In this document: positions 11,708 to 20,530 of the stretch, one piece after another | Layout: the number at the start of each line of letters is the position of its first letter | Position numbering within the stretch: the first letter of the stretch is position 1 | Assembly (NCBI GenBank): GCA_033808535.1 | Contig: JAPXNL010000001.1 | Location: 2,010-66,009, forward strand | DNA from: Clostridia bacterium | GTDB taxonomy: Bacteria; Bacillota; Clostridia; Oscillospirales; CAG-272 | Length of the DNA: 64,000 nt | Direction of reading: 5' to 3' | The notes under the pieces: generated by a model | Database searches by the model: none | Told to the model about the DNA's origin: nothing | What the model saw: the letters and a program-made list of their open reading frames with translations, nothing else | Position numbers and translations under genes: made by a program

Positions 11708-13141
11708 TTGTACCGCCGCATTTTACGCACCATAGCGCTTGCCGCCGTTTTATTTTTATTAACGTCCTGCGCCTCGGATGTCATTACCATCAATACCCGA
11801 CGCGACGTGTTTGCCGCTGAAGCCGCGGCTGAACGCATGGCATCGCCTTCCGGCGCGGTTTCCCAGTCCCCGGAACATTTTTTACCTGCAGGATTGACAG
11901 CGCCGGATAAATACAGCCGTAAGCCCGCATATTCTGACAGGCTGGCAGAATATGCAAAGGAGCTTGTCGCCAAGTCCGGCCGGTCGGCGGCATTTGTAAA
12001 CGCAAAGCCGGCGTACAGTCGCGGTGAAACCGTCACCCTGACCGTCGCGGGCCTGCCCGATACGGCTTATATTCTAAAAATTCGCTATAAATCCGGATAT
12101 TCGTCCGCAAAGGGCCTGGGCACTGCAACAAGCGACAGCCGCGGGTATGCGGTTTGGACGTTTAAAATCGGAAATGTCGCCGCAGACGATTTTACGCCAT
12201 GGTTTGAGGTTTCGGGCGGCGGCGAGGTAATAAAACACTATTTCCGCGCCGGCGACGGGACGAAAAAGGAAACCCCCGCACCTGAGAGCGTATTTCTCGC
12301 ACCGCTGCTTGACACAAATCCTGCTCCGGAAAGCGCCGCAATAACACAGCCTGAAACTGAAACTAAACAGAATCCGAATACTACTGATAATCCCGCAACG
12401 GAAAACCCGAAGTCAGAAGCAAAAGGAATCGGCACTGCAATAGAGTTTACCAACGCCAAAGCTTCATACCGGCGCGGCGAAAGTGTAACGCTGACCGTGC
12501 GCGGCGCGCCCGATACGGTCTATACACTAAAAATCCGGTACAAGTCTGGGTATTCGACCGCGAAAGGGCTTGGAGAAGCCAGAAGCGATGCAGCCGGGCT
12601 TGTGTCGTGGACGTTCAAAATCAGCTCAAATGCCGACACTTCGTTTGAGCCTTGGTTAGAAGTCACCGGCGGCGGAGCGACCGCAACCGCAGGCTTCAGA
12701 CTGACCGACAGCGACGGGAGCAGTGACACCGAATCAAGCCCTGCTGACAGTAAACCTGCTGAGCCTGTGCCTGCTACAACCGCTGACGAAACAACTGCCG
12801 AAATACCCGTCACCACCGCTGCCGAAACGGAGCCGTCGCAGAATACGGCACAAGAAAGCGGCGGGACTATCAAATTTGTCGGTGTAAGGGACGCATATGC
12901 GCGCGGCGAAATCGTAACTGTTACCGTTATCGGCCTGCCTGATACTTTGTATACCCTGAAGGTGAGGTATAAATCCGGGTATTCGACAGCAAAAGGGCTT
13001 GAAGAAGCCAGAAGCGACGCTTCGGGCACAGTGTTATGGACGTTTAAGATAGGCAATCGCACCGACACCGAGTTCATACCGTGGCTTGAGGTGACCGGCG
13101 GGGGCGAAACAGCTATTCGTTATTTCACCGTACTCGGATAA
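11708..13141 (+). CDS. Secreted lipoprotein with three copies of an uncharacterised domain of about 85 aa
   Basis: Signal peptide plus lipobox (LFLLTSC). Three repeats of YxRGExVTLTVxGxPDTxYxLKIRYKSGYSxAKGL..SD..G.V.WTFKI......F.PW.EV.GGG, separated by P/T/E-rich linkers. Confidence 0.75.
   Translation: MYRRILRTIALAAVLFLLTSCASDVITINTRRDVFAAEAAAERMASPSGAVSQSPEHFLPAGLTAPDKYSRKPAYSDRLAEYAKELVAKSGRSAAFVNAKPAYSRGETVTLTVAGLPDTAYILKIRYKSGYSSAKGLGTATSDSRGYAVWTFKIGNVAADDFTPWFEVSGGGEVIKHYFRAGDGTKKETPAPESVFLAPLLDTNPAPESAAITQPETETKQNPNTTDNPATENPKSEAKGIGTAIEFTNAKASYRRGESVTLTVRGAPDTVYTLKIRYKSGYSTAKGLGEARSDAAGLVSWTFKISSNADTSFEPWLEVTGGGATATAGFRLTDSDGSSDTESSPADSKPAEPVPATTADETTAEIPVTTAAETEPSQNTAQESGGTIKFVGVRDAYARGEIVTVTVIGLPDTLYTLKVRYKSGYSTAKGLEEARSDASGTVLWTFKIGNRTDTEFIPWLEVTGGGETAIRYFTVLG
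11990..13129 (+). repeat. Three diverged intragenic domain repeats (about 11990-12247, 12437-12703, 12866-13129)
   Basis: Self-similarity visible at both protein and nucleotide level, e.g. aaatccgg(a/g)tattcg(t/a)c(c/a)gcaaa(g/a)gg in repeats 1 and 3 with a diverged equivalent in repeat 2. Confidence 0.8.
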
Positions 13142-13149
13142 AACAAACA

Positions 13150-13177
13150 CGGCGCAGCGGTTAAACCCGCTGCGCCG
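13150..13177. terminator. Hairpin terminator between convergent genes
   Basis: Perfect 11-bp stem CGGCGCAGCGG / CCGCTGCGCCG with a 6-nt loop. Flanking T/A tracts are weak. Confidence 0.55.
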
Positions 13178-13198
13178 TATGTTATTATTATGTAACCT

Positions 13199-14353
13199 TT
13201 ATATTTCCGGGATATTTATTTCAACTTCGCGTCCGAGCTCCGCCGAACGGTATATACCGTCGATGATAGCCTGATTGTATATTATCTGCTCCGACGGAAC
13301 AGGCGACGGGCCTCCCGATATAATTGCGTCGAGGAAGGAACGGATTTTCTTGTCGAACAGTCCGGGGCCTCTGTTTTCAAGCACCGGCACCTGATACTGT
13401 ATCTGCTGGCCGCCGATGTCCGTGTAAATCGTCATCGGACCGCCGATGGAGCCGTTCCAGCAGTCTGTCGAAGGTATGCGAAGTCCTGCCTTTTTGCCGA
13501 ATATCAATGTATCGCCTGGCGTGTCCATATGCATCGCCCATGAGATGCGGAAGTCGAGTATAATTCCGCCCTCCAGCCTGATAAACGCCGCGGCAAAGTC
13601 GTCCACAGAGAAACGCCTTGCATCCTCCGGCGAGTTGTACTCAGGGCTCCTGCCGAAAAAGTCGGATTTATAGCCTGATACGGTAAGAGGCTTGGGATAA
13701 CCGACCGCGTTGAGCACCATATCCAGCGAATAGCAGCCTATATCGCCGACCGCACCGATTCCCGCAGTGCTTTTTTCAATGAATGTTGAGCCCGGTATGC
13801 CGCGGCGGCGTCCGCCACCGGTCTGTATGTAGTAAACCTCGCCCAGCGCGCCCGACTGGACAATCCGCTTTATCATCTGCATGTTTGCGTCGAAGCGCGG
13901 CTGGAACCCTATCGACAATACCTTGCCGCTCTTCTTTTCGGCGCGCCGGATTGCAATCGCCTCGTCGAGCGTGACGCACATGGGCTTTTCGAGCAGCACG
14001 TTGACGCCGTGCTCGAGCGCGTCTATAGTGCATTCCGCATGCGTTGCGTTGTAGGTGCATATCGAGACCGCGTCGAGCTCCTCTTTTTCGAGCATCTCAT
14101 GACCGGAGCGGTAGAACCGGACAAAGGGTACGCCGAACCTTTCGGCAAAGCGCTCCGCCTTGCCTTCGATAAGATCCGCCAACGCGACGACCTCGACGTC
14201 CTTCATGCGCTTGTAGCTGTCGATATGCGATTCGGCTATCCAGCCGGTGCCGATGATACCGACCTTCAGCTTCCTGTCGCCTTGCGCCGGTCTAGTTTCT
14301 TCTTCGACGTCCTGTTTGAATTTACTCAGAACTTCGTCGCCTTTATTTGCCAT
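13199..14353 (-). CDS. Gfo/Idh/MocA family oxidoreductase
   Basis: Rossmann motif KVGIIGTGWIAESH. The track ORF extends to 14404, but MANKGDE at 14353 is preceded by GGAGG..AAAGGGAA. Confidence 0.8.
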   Translation of the reverse strand: MANKGDEVLSKFKQDVEEETRPAQGDRKLKVGIIGTGWIAESHIDSYKRMKDVEVVALADLIEGKAERFAERFGVPFVRFYRSGHEMLEKEELDAVSICTYNATHAECTIDALEHGVNVLLEKPMCVTLDEAIAIRRAEKKSGKVLSIGFQPRFDANMQMIKRIVQSGALGEVYYIQTGGGRRRGIPGSTFIEKSTAGIGAVGDIGCYSLDMVLNAVGYPKPLTVSGYKSDFFGRSPEYNSPEDARRFSVDDFAAAFIRLEGGIILDFRISWAMHMDTPGDTLIFGKKAGLRIPSTDCWNGSIGGPMTIYTDIGGQQIQYQVPVLENRGPGLFDKKIRSFLDAIISGGPSPVPSEQIIYNQAIIDGIYRSAELGREVEINIPEI

Positions 14354-14400
14354 TTCCCTTTCTGTTCCTCCATAATTGATTTGATTTGTAGTCTTATCGG

Positions 14401-14541
14401 TCAAATGATAACATAGCGGTAAAGTAGTGTCAATATTTTTGACAAAAATACCGGCTGACTGCCGCTGCCGTTTTCGGCGCAGGCAGCGAGCAGCGATACT
14501 GCTGTCAACACTGCGAGGAATAATGAAAGAGTGCGTTCCAT
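14401..14541 (-). pseudogene. Truncated remnant of a solute-binding lipoprotein gene (signal peptide only; 48-codon ORF)
   Basis: MERTLSLFLAVLTAVSLLAACAENGSGS... is homologous at nucleotide level (about 80% by manual alignment) to the 5' end and RBS of the SBP gene at 17560-17645. After codon 30 it runs into unrelated promoter sequence. Confidence 0.7.
14405..14433 (-). promoter_or_regulatory. Promoter of the 13199-14353 oxidoreductase gene (repeat copy 1)
   Basis: On the minus strand, TTGACA (14428-14433), 17 nt, TATCAT (14405-14410). Confidence 0.55.
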
Positions 14542-14584
14542 CCTGTTTTTGATTCTCCCTTAAACATATATATTACATTGCCGT

Positions 14585-14790
14585 TTAACCTTCACCGCAT
14601 CAGCAAGAAGCCGACGGATGAAAACTCCATGCCTGTAAAAATCCTTGTAACCGGCTGCATCGAGCGCCGCAAACACGATTTTATATTTTATCTCTGCTGT
14701 GCCCGGCTGATGGCAAGCCCGGAACATACGCAATAAGGATTAAACTATCAAACCGGCATTTCGGAGGACGTTAAGCTTCATTCGGATATA
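14585..14790 (-). pseudogene. Frame-disrupted remnant of the 3' end of a TIM-barrel sugar isomerase gene
   Basis: Aligns by eye to 17695-17880, the C-terminal codons of the 17678-18466 gene (e.g. cttcaccgcatcagca..gccgacgg.tgaaaactccatgcctgta). No intact frame. The N-terminal roughly 190 codons are absent. Confidence 0.65.
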
Positions 14791-14867
14791 TTATCACAAT
14801 GCCGTCCTATATGACATTTCTCTTACTGTTTCATCAAAATGTTACAATTTGAAATCACATCGAACAA

Positions 14868-14896
14868 ATGATACCATAGCTGTCAGGTGGTATCAA
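14868..14896 (-). promoter_or_regulatory. Duplicated promoter (repeat copy 2) with an overlapping palindromic operator candidate
   Basis: On the minus strand, TTGATA (14891-14896), 17 nt, TATCAT (14868-14873). A perfect inverted repeat, TGATACCA (14869-14876) and TGGTATCA (14888-14895), spans both hexamers. Confidence 0.5.
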
Positions 14897-14917
14897 TATT
14901 TTTAGAAAAATGTCGAT

Positions 14918-16012
14918 TCAGTCAAGTTCGACTGCCACAGCGCGCTTGCCTACCTGAAGCGAGCCGGCTATTTGATCCAGCCCTGTCATGCGCGCAGGGT
15001 TGATCGTGGCGGCGTCGATCGCGTCCGCAAGCTCCACTCCGGCAAATTTCATATAATTTTGCATTGCAGTGTAAAGCGATATCGTGCTGCCCGCTATTGC
15101 GCCGTCGTCTGTCAGCGCTTTGCCCTCCGTTACCGTTACGCGATGTCCGGCAAGCGTATAAACACCGTCCGGGCATCCTGCCGCTGCCATCGAATCGGTG
15201 ACAAGCACCACCTTGTCACGGGATTTTATCTTTGAAACCAGCTTTACTGTTTCGGGATGCAGGTGTATTCCGTCGCAAATCAGCTCCACATAGGCGTCGG
15301 AGTTCAGAGCTGCCGCGATAACGCCCGGCGACCTGTGATGTAGAGGCGGCATCGCGTTGAAGGTGTGAGTAAACGCCGTGATACCCCATTCGAGCGCCTT
15401 GTATGTCTGCTCCACTGTCATATAGGTATGGCCGATTGCCACTGTTGCGCCCGCCGCTGTCGCTGCGCGCACGAACTCCTCGCCGCCGTCAAGCTCGGGC
15501 GCGAGAGTTATGTGCAGCTTCATATCGCCTGCGGCTTCGATGAAGCGCGCAAGCTCGTCCGTCAACGGCATGGCAAGCATATCGGGGTTGTGCGCTCCAC
15601 GGCTCTTTACGTTTAGCCAGCGCCCCTCGATATGTACGCCTTTGTACCCCGCCTCGCGCACGGCGCGCACGGAGTCAAGCATAACCTCAAGCGGCGCCGA
15701 CGCTATCGACGGCATGAGAGTTCCTGTTCCTGCCTCTGCATAACAGTCGCGCAGCCGCCGGGCTTCATCCGCTGTTGCTCCGGCGAAATCGATGCCGTTT
15801 CTGCCATGCGTATGCACGTCAACCGGTGCCGGTATTATAAACCGGCGCTTGCCGTCTGAATTTCCGCCACCCTCCGCGGGGATAATTTTGACCTGTGTTA
15901 TAACACCGTTTTCCGCCGTCAGGTTGCCCCGCCAGAATTTGCGCGAGGCTGTGTCGTAAATATAAACGCCTTCGAGATTGAAATTGTCCCTGTAAACTTT
16001 CATTTCCCGCAC
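14918..16012 (-). CDS. nagA: N-acetylglucosamine-6-phosphate deacetylase
   Basis: 364-aa ORF with the metal motif VDVHTHG and HTFNAMPPLHHRSPGVIAAAL, typical of NagA. Confidence 0.85.
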   Translation of the reverse strand: MREMKVYRDNFNLEGVYIYDTASRKFWRGNLTAENGVITQVKIIPAEGGGNSDGKRRFIIPAPVDVHTHGRNGIDFAGATADEARRLRDCYAEAGTGTLMPSIASAPLEVMLDSVRAVREAGYKGVHIEGRWLNVKSRGAHNPDMLAMPLTDELARFIEAAGDMKLHITLAPELDGGEEFVRAATAAGATVAIGHTYMTVEQTYKALEWGITAFTHTFNAMPPLHHRSPGVIAAALNSDAYVELICDGIHLHPETVKLVSKIKSRDKVVLVTDSMAAAGCPDGVYTLAGHRVTVTEGKALTDDGAIAGSTISLYTAMQNYMKFAGVELADAIDAATINPARMTGLDQIAGSLQVGKRAVAVELD

Positions 16013-16148
16013 TCCTGCTTATTTTTGCGTTCCTGTAGACACAGACCGCCGATTCGGACTTTCTGCCCGAACCGGCGGCGCTGCTTTTTGTTATTTTGGG
16101 TTATTATTTTCGGCGGGGCGTCGCCGTTTTTGCTCCGCCGGAGATTTA

Positions 16149-17621
16149 TCAGCCGTTTTCTATCGCAAGATAGTTTTCAATCGCCTTGTTCATCTGTTTG
16201 TCTATAGTCTTTTCTATCTTCTTATATGATGAAACAAGGTCTGTCTTGCCGGCGTCAACAAGCGTCAGCGTGAACTGGCCTACCGTACCCCAGTCGAAAA
16301 TATAGCCCATGTCATAGGTGAGAGAGTTCAGAATTATATCGATTGATGCCTCGGACTGGTCGTCGCGCGAACCTTTTGTCTTGAGCTGCAATTCGTTATA
16401 GGCCGGAGTGAGGATGTTCTTGGAGTTCGCTCCGAGCGAGTCCATAACATATGCTGTCAGCTCGAGGTTGCTGTTGTAAATCGGAACCGAGATCATCTCC
16501 GCGACGTGCGGGTTTATGCAGTGATAGTAGCGCTCCTGTGCTTCATCGTATTTCGGTATAGGCAGGATGCCGAAGTCGGTCTCCATCTGGCGCAATGTCT
16601 CGACCGCGTGGAACTCGTTGAAGTAGAACAGCGCGCGGTTGTCGATGAACATCTTGTACGCTTCGGTGCCCGGCTTACCGTTGCGCGACCAGCTGTAGCA
16701 TGTTGCGGTGTCATAAAACAGCGCGGTGTATTTCTCCCAGATCGATACTGTCTTGTCGCTCATGAAGGTCAGCGTGGGCAGATCCTGCTCGTTTTTGGTG
16801 ACGAACTTAACACCGCTTGCAATCATGCCGTTGGCGATGAAATTGCAGTAGAAGTTCAGGCCATAGCGGTCGGTATCGTCGTATTTGCCGTCGTTGTTGA
16901 GGTCGGCAGCAGCGTTGCGCGCCATTGTGGTGAACTTGTCAATTGTCCATGTGTCGCTTGCCATCAGCGCATAGGGGTCTTCGATTTTATAGTCGGCTGC
17001 CATTTCCTTGTTGAAAAGTATAATGGCGATGGACTTTTTATACGCTATGGCAATGTCTCCGACAATCATATAGAGCTTGTTGTTGATTGACAGATCATTG
17101 ACACAGTTCTGGTCCCACCATGGAGCATCGAGGTCAAGCTTGGTCATCGACTTAAGGTCGACCAGATAGTTCGACTGAGAGAGCGTTGCAGACCCGCGCG
17201 GGCTTATGCAGGAAAGGTCGTACGCATAGTCGTCGGAGGTTATGGTTTTTCTCAGATCGGCACCGTCGATAGCGCTTGCGTTGTATACCGAGAATTTGAT
17301 GCCAAGCTGATCCTCGACGGCGCGCATACGCCTGTATGCCGCGTCGCTGAGCGCGTCGCCCGTTTCTTCTGTGTACGAAAAGTCATAATCGCACCAGAAC
17401 TGCCCGGAGGCAGGGTCCGGATACGCATATATGCGGAAATTATAACCCCCGAAATCAAAATCAGTGGGTATATTCGCGGTGTATTCGGTAGTCTCCGCTT
17501 CGGTCGTTGTCTCCGCGGTGGTTTCCGCTACATCAGTGCCGGCGTCGCCGCCCTCTGCACAGGCTGCGAGCAGCGATATCACGCTCAGCACTGCGAGCAG
17601 AAGTGTCAGAGTTCGTTTCAT
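16149..17621 (-). CDS. ABC-type extracellular solute-binding lipoprotein (sugar family, about 490 aa)
   Basis: MKRTLTLLLAVLSVISLLAAC lipobox from the ATG at 17621 (the track ORF starts 15 codons earlier). Paralogue of 55477-56970 (shared ...METDFGILPIPKYDEAQ.. block). No adjacent permease or ATPase genes. Confidence 0.65.
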   Translation of the reverse strand: MKRTLTLLLAVLSVISLLAACAEGGDAGTDVAETTAETTTEAETTEYTANIPTDFDFGGYNFRIYAYPDPASGQFWCDYDFSYTEETGDALSDAAYRRMRAVEDQLGIKFSVYNASAIDGADLRKTITSDDYAYDLSCISPRGSATLSQSNYLVDLKSMTKLDLDAPWWDQNCVNDLSINNKLYMIVGDIAIAYKKSIAIILFNKEMAADYKIEDPYALMASDTWTIDKFTTMARNAAADLNNDGKYDDTDRYGLNFYCNFIANGMIASGVKFVTKNEQDLPTLTFMSDKTVSIWEKYTALFYDTATCYSWSRNGKPGTEAYKMFIDNRALFYFNEFHAVETLRQMETDFGILPIPKYDEAQERYYHCINPHVAEMISVPIYNSNLELTAYVMDSLGANSKNILTPAYNELQLKTKGSRDDQSEASIDIILNSLTYDMGYIFDWGTVGQFTLTLVDAGKTDLVSSYKKIEKTIDKQMNKAIENYLAIENG

Positions 17622-17677
17622 CCTGTTATTTGATTCTCCCTTACGGTTATAATAAAACCTTTGCATTGCCGCTTGAT

Positions 17678-18466
17678 TTACAGCAGTGCAATTGTCTGCT
17701 TCACCGCATCAGCAGAGGAGCCGACGGGTGAAAACTCCATGCCTGTATACCCCTCGTAGCTGGCTGCATCAAGCGCCGCAAACACGTTTTTATAGTATAT
17801 CTCGCCGGTGCCCGGCTGGTGGCGGCCCGGAACATCCGCGATGTGTATGTGCCCTATCAAACCTGCATTCCGGCGGATGTTGGAAATTAGGTTTCCTTCG
17901 GTTATCTGCTGGTGATACACGTCATAGAGCAGCTTGACGTTCGGGCTGCCGACTTCCTCGACTATGCCGAACCCCTCGTACGACGACGAGAGAAAATAGC
18001 CTCTGTGGTCATGGAGCACGTTAAGCGGCTCGAGCACCAGAGTCACGCCCATCTGCTCGGCTATCTCGGCGCCCGCACGCAGCGCAAGCACAATATTTGT
18101 ATGCTGCTGTGCGCGGGTTATGTCATTTCGCTCCTGACCGCAGGTTACGATCAGCGTCTTGCAGCCCAGCCGGTGCGCAACACCGGCGCTTTCGCGCACT
18201 GCGCTGACAAATGCATGTATTCCCGAGCGGTCCAAAAGCCTTTTCGAATTCCACTCGGCAGCTACAGCGCTGTCGCGCGAACCGACGCAGAAAGCAGCAA
18301 GCTTAAGCTCGTTCTGGTCAAGCAGCCTTCCGACAGCTTCAAGGTCCTTGTTTTCCCAGCCCCAGAACTCGACGGCTTCGAGCCCGCATGCCTTCGCCGC
18401 GGCAAATCGCTCTTCAAAAGGATGCTCGGCAAAGAGCATCTCTATACAAGCCGATAGCCTGATCAT
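17678..18466 (-). CDS. Xylose-isomerase-like TIM-barrel protein (hydroxypyruvate-isomerase-like)
   Basis: 262-aa ORF. The N-terminus RLSACIEMLFAEHPFEERFAAAKACGLEAVEFW resembles the Hyi/sugar-phosphate isomerase family. Confidence 0.7.
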   Translation of the reverse strand: MIRLSACIEMLFAEHPFEERFAAAKACGLEAVEFWGWENKDLEAVGRLLDQNELKLAAFCVGSRDSAVAAEWNSKRLLDRSGIHAFVSAVRESAGVAHRLGCKTLIVTCGQERNDITRAQQHTNIVLALRAGAEIAEQMGVTLVLEPLNVLHDHRGYFLSSSYEGFGIVEEVGSPNVKLLYDVYHQQITEGNLISNIRRNAGLIGHIHIADVPGRHQPGTGEIYYKNVFAALDAASYEGYTGMEFSPVGSSADAVKQTIALL

Positions 18467-19455
18467 AACTCGACAGGCCGTCCGGTAGCTATAGATTCGT
18501 TTGCCGCAAGCACCAGACGCAGGGATTTAAGCGCATCGCGGTACGGCGAGCGGATTTCTGACGGGTCACCGGTCTTGATGGCGTTTATAAACACCTTGTC
18601 TTCTGTGATGCCCGAGTCGAACTCGTTTTTATAGAACTGTTCCCCGTTTTTGTCACGGATTTTCACAAACGAACGGAGCGCGTATTCAACAGTTGCATCG
18701 GGGCAGTAGATATCAAGACCGTTCTGCTTGCCGCCGCCTTCAACAAGGTAGCAGCCCGTGAGCAGCGTGACGATAACGCCGTTTTTGAAGGTGATTACCG
18801 CAGAAGAATAGTCATCGACGTCGTATCCCGGAACGCCCGCGGCTTCGGGATCGACTATGCCCTTGCCGGCAGACGCATATATTTTGGCCGGTTCGCCGAA
18901 CAGGTTGCGCGACATGTCGAAAATATGTATGTTCTGCTCCACAATCTGGCCGCCGGAGGTCTCCATCTTCCTCCACCACGGCACACCGGGGATTCCTCCC
19001 ACCCATGAGCCGGTGACAAGGCCGACCTTTTTATCCTTCAGGTATTCCTTTGCCTTGTCAATGATGCCGAGGTAGCGGTCCTGGAAGCCGACGGCGGTGA
19101 TGAGACCCTTTTCGTCCGCCGCTTTGCAGATTTTCTCGGCAAGCGCGTAGTCAAGCGCCATCGGTTTTTCCACAAGGAAGGGGATATTTCTGTCGATAAG
19201 CGCAAACTCGATCTCGCCGTGGCAGTGCGGAGGTACGCAGATATAGACGGCGTCGGGCGTTATCTCGTCAAGCATAACCTTGAAATCGGTATATGCCTTT
19301 GCCGTTCCGCCTGTGCGCTTTACAAAGCTTTCCGCGCGCTCAGGAATAATGTCGCAAAAACCAAGATACTCCACGTCGTCCTGCTCAAGCAGGTGAGAGA
19401 GGTGCCATCCGGCAATACCGCCGCAGCCGATAAAAGCTATTTTTACCTTGTCCAT
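18463..19455 (-). CDS. Gfo/Idh/MocA family oxidoreductase
   Basis: N-terminal KIAFIGCGGIAGWH Rossmann motif. Overlaps the downstream gene by 4 nt. Confidence 0.8.
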   Translation of the reverse strand: MDKVKIAFIGCGGIAGWHLSHLLEQDDVEYLGFCDIIPERAESFVKRTGGTAKAYTDFKVMLDEITPDAVYICVPPHCHGEIEFALIDRNIPFLVEKPMALDYALAEKICKAADEKGLITAVGFQDRYLGIIDKAKEYLKDKKVGLVTGSWVGGIPGVPWWRKMETSGGQIVEQNIHIFDMSRNLFGEPAKIYASAGKGIVDPEAAGVPGYDVDDYSSAVITFKNGVIVTLLTGCYLVEGGGKQNGLDIYCPDATVEYALRSFVKIRDKNGEQFYKNEFDSGITEDKVFINAIKTGDPSEIRSPYRDALKSLRLVLAANESIATGRPVEL

Positions 19456-19550
19456 AAAATTCTCCTTTTTAAATTATATAATAAATGTCTATGCCATATT
19501 ATACTTGTGTTTCTGGAGAATATGCGGTTCTGGAGAGCGCGGTGAGAGTT

Positions 19551-20228
19551 TTAAAGCTTGTCGTACTCGTTGCAGAGCAAAAAGCGTCTTGGCTCGTCCT
19601 CCTCGACCGGCGGGAACCTGCCTGCCGGCTCATAGAAGCGGTTGTCGGTGTTGTCGTCGTTTACCTTTGAAACCTCGCCGACAAGGCATACTCCGGAGCC
19701 CGGCTCAGCCCAGAAAGCGTGATACTGGCGCTGGAGCAGTGTTATGCTCTCTCCGGGAGTCAGCACTACGGTGCCGCCCGCGGGGATGCTGTAGCGCCGC
19801 CCGTCAACCTGCACCTGCACGTCTTCGGTGCTGAACTTGTCGTCGTCCGTGGCGTTGTAAAGCTTTATAATCAGGTTTCCGCCGCCGCGGTTGATGATGT
19901 CCTCCATTTTGTTCCAGTGGAAGTGATAGGGTGTGACCTGATTTTCATACACGCGCATAATCTTTTCCGCATACGGTTTTGTATAGGCAGGATTGTTCTG
20001 GTTGCCGTTGCGGATTGTGAACAGCGTCAGTCCGACCTTCATAAAATCGCCCGACCCGAAATCCGTCAGATCCCAGCCGAGCTTGTTGTCGCGGATCTCG
20101 TCGTACTCGTGATTTTTTGTCTTCCATTCCTCAGGAGTAAAAAAAGCAAACGGGGGCAGCTTAAAGCAGAACTTATCGCAGAGCTCCGCAAATTTCTGCA
20201 ATTCCGCATTGATAAACGAACGTTTCAT
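19551..20228 (-). CDS. D-lyxose/D-mannose isomerase family cupin
   Basis: HFHWNKMEDIINRGGGNL, PGESITL..YHAFWAE, LVGEVSKVNDDNTDNRF and EEDEPRRFLLCNEY match the enterobacterial D-lyxose isomerase family as I remember it. Confidence 0.8.
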   Translation of the reverse strand: MKRSFINAELQKFAELCDKFCFKLPPFAFFTPEEWKTKNHEYDEIRDNKLGWDLTDFGSGDFMKVGLTLFTIRNGNQNNPAYTKPYAEKIMRVYENQVTPYHFHWNKMEDIINRGGGNLIIKLYNATDDDKFSTEDVQVQVDGRRYSIPAGGTVVLTPGESITLLQRQYHAFWAEPGSGVCLVGEVSKVNDDNTDNRFYEPAGRFPPVEEDEPRRFLLCNEYDKL

Positions 20229-20314
20229 TTTATCTTTATTCCTCCGGTTTTACTTGAGCTGTATTACGCCTATATTATACAATACAATTATGCCAATGTA
20301 AATGATTTTTAAAA

Positions 20315-20346
20315 TAAAAAACTGGCGCGGGCATCAAACCCGCGCT
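20315..20346 (-). terminator. Rho-independent terminator downstream of the small Cys-rich ORF
   Basis: Stem GCGCGGG / CCCGCGC (20325-20331 and 20339-20345), followed on the minus strand by a T-run (the plus-strand aaaaaa at 20315-20321). Confidence 0.7.
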
Positions 20347-20437
20347 CATTATAATCGCAGTCAAGCAAGCGCGCTGCAGATCAACGGGTCAAGCGCGCCA
20401 CGCAATGAAGCGAGTAACTTTATGTGGCAGTTCAGCA

Positions 20438-20530
20438 TCAGCTGTTGCAGCAGCTGCAGAATATAACTGCGAGCACCAGAATCAGGATCCAGATGTTGCA
20501 GTCGTCGAACAGATTGCAAAGGCAGCTCAT
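20438..20530 (-). CDS. 30-aa cysteine-rich hydrophobic micro-protein (not in the ORF track)
   Basis: ATG at 20528-20530, preceded by GAGGAGG plus 6 nt. Product is MSCLCNLFDDCNIWILILVLAVIFCSCCNS, with TGA at 20438-20440. Own terminator at 20315-20346. Sits in an otherwise empty 430-bp gap. Confidence 0.55.
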   Translation of the reverse strand: MSCLCNLFDDCNIWILILVLAVIFCSCCNS

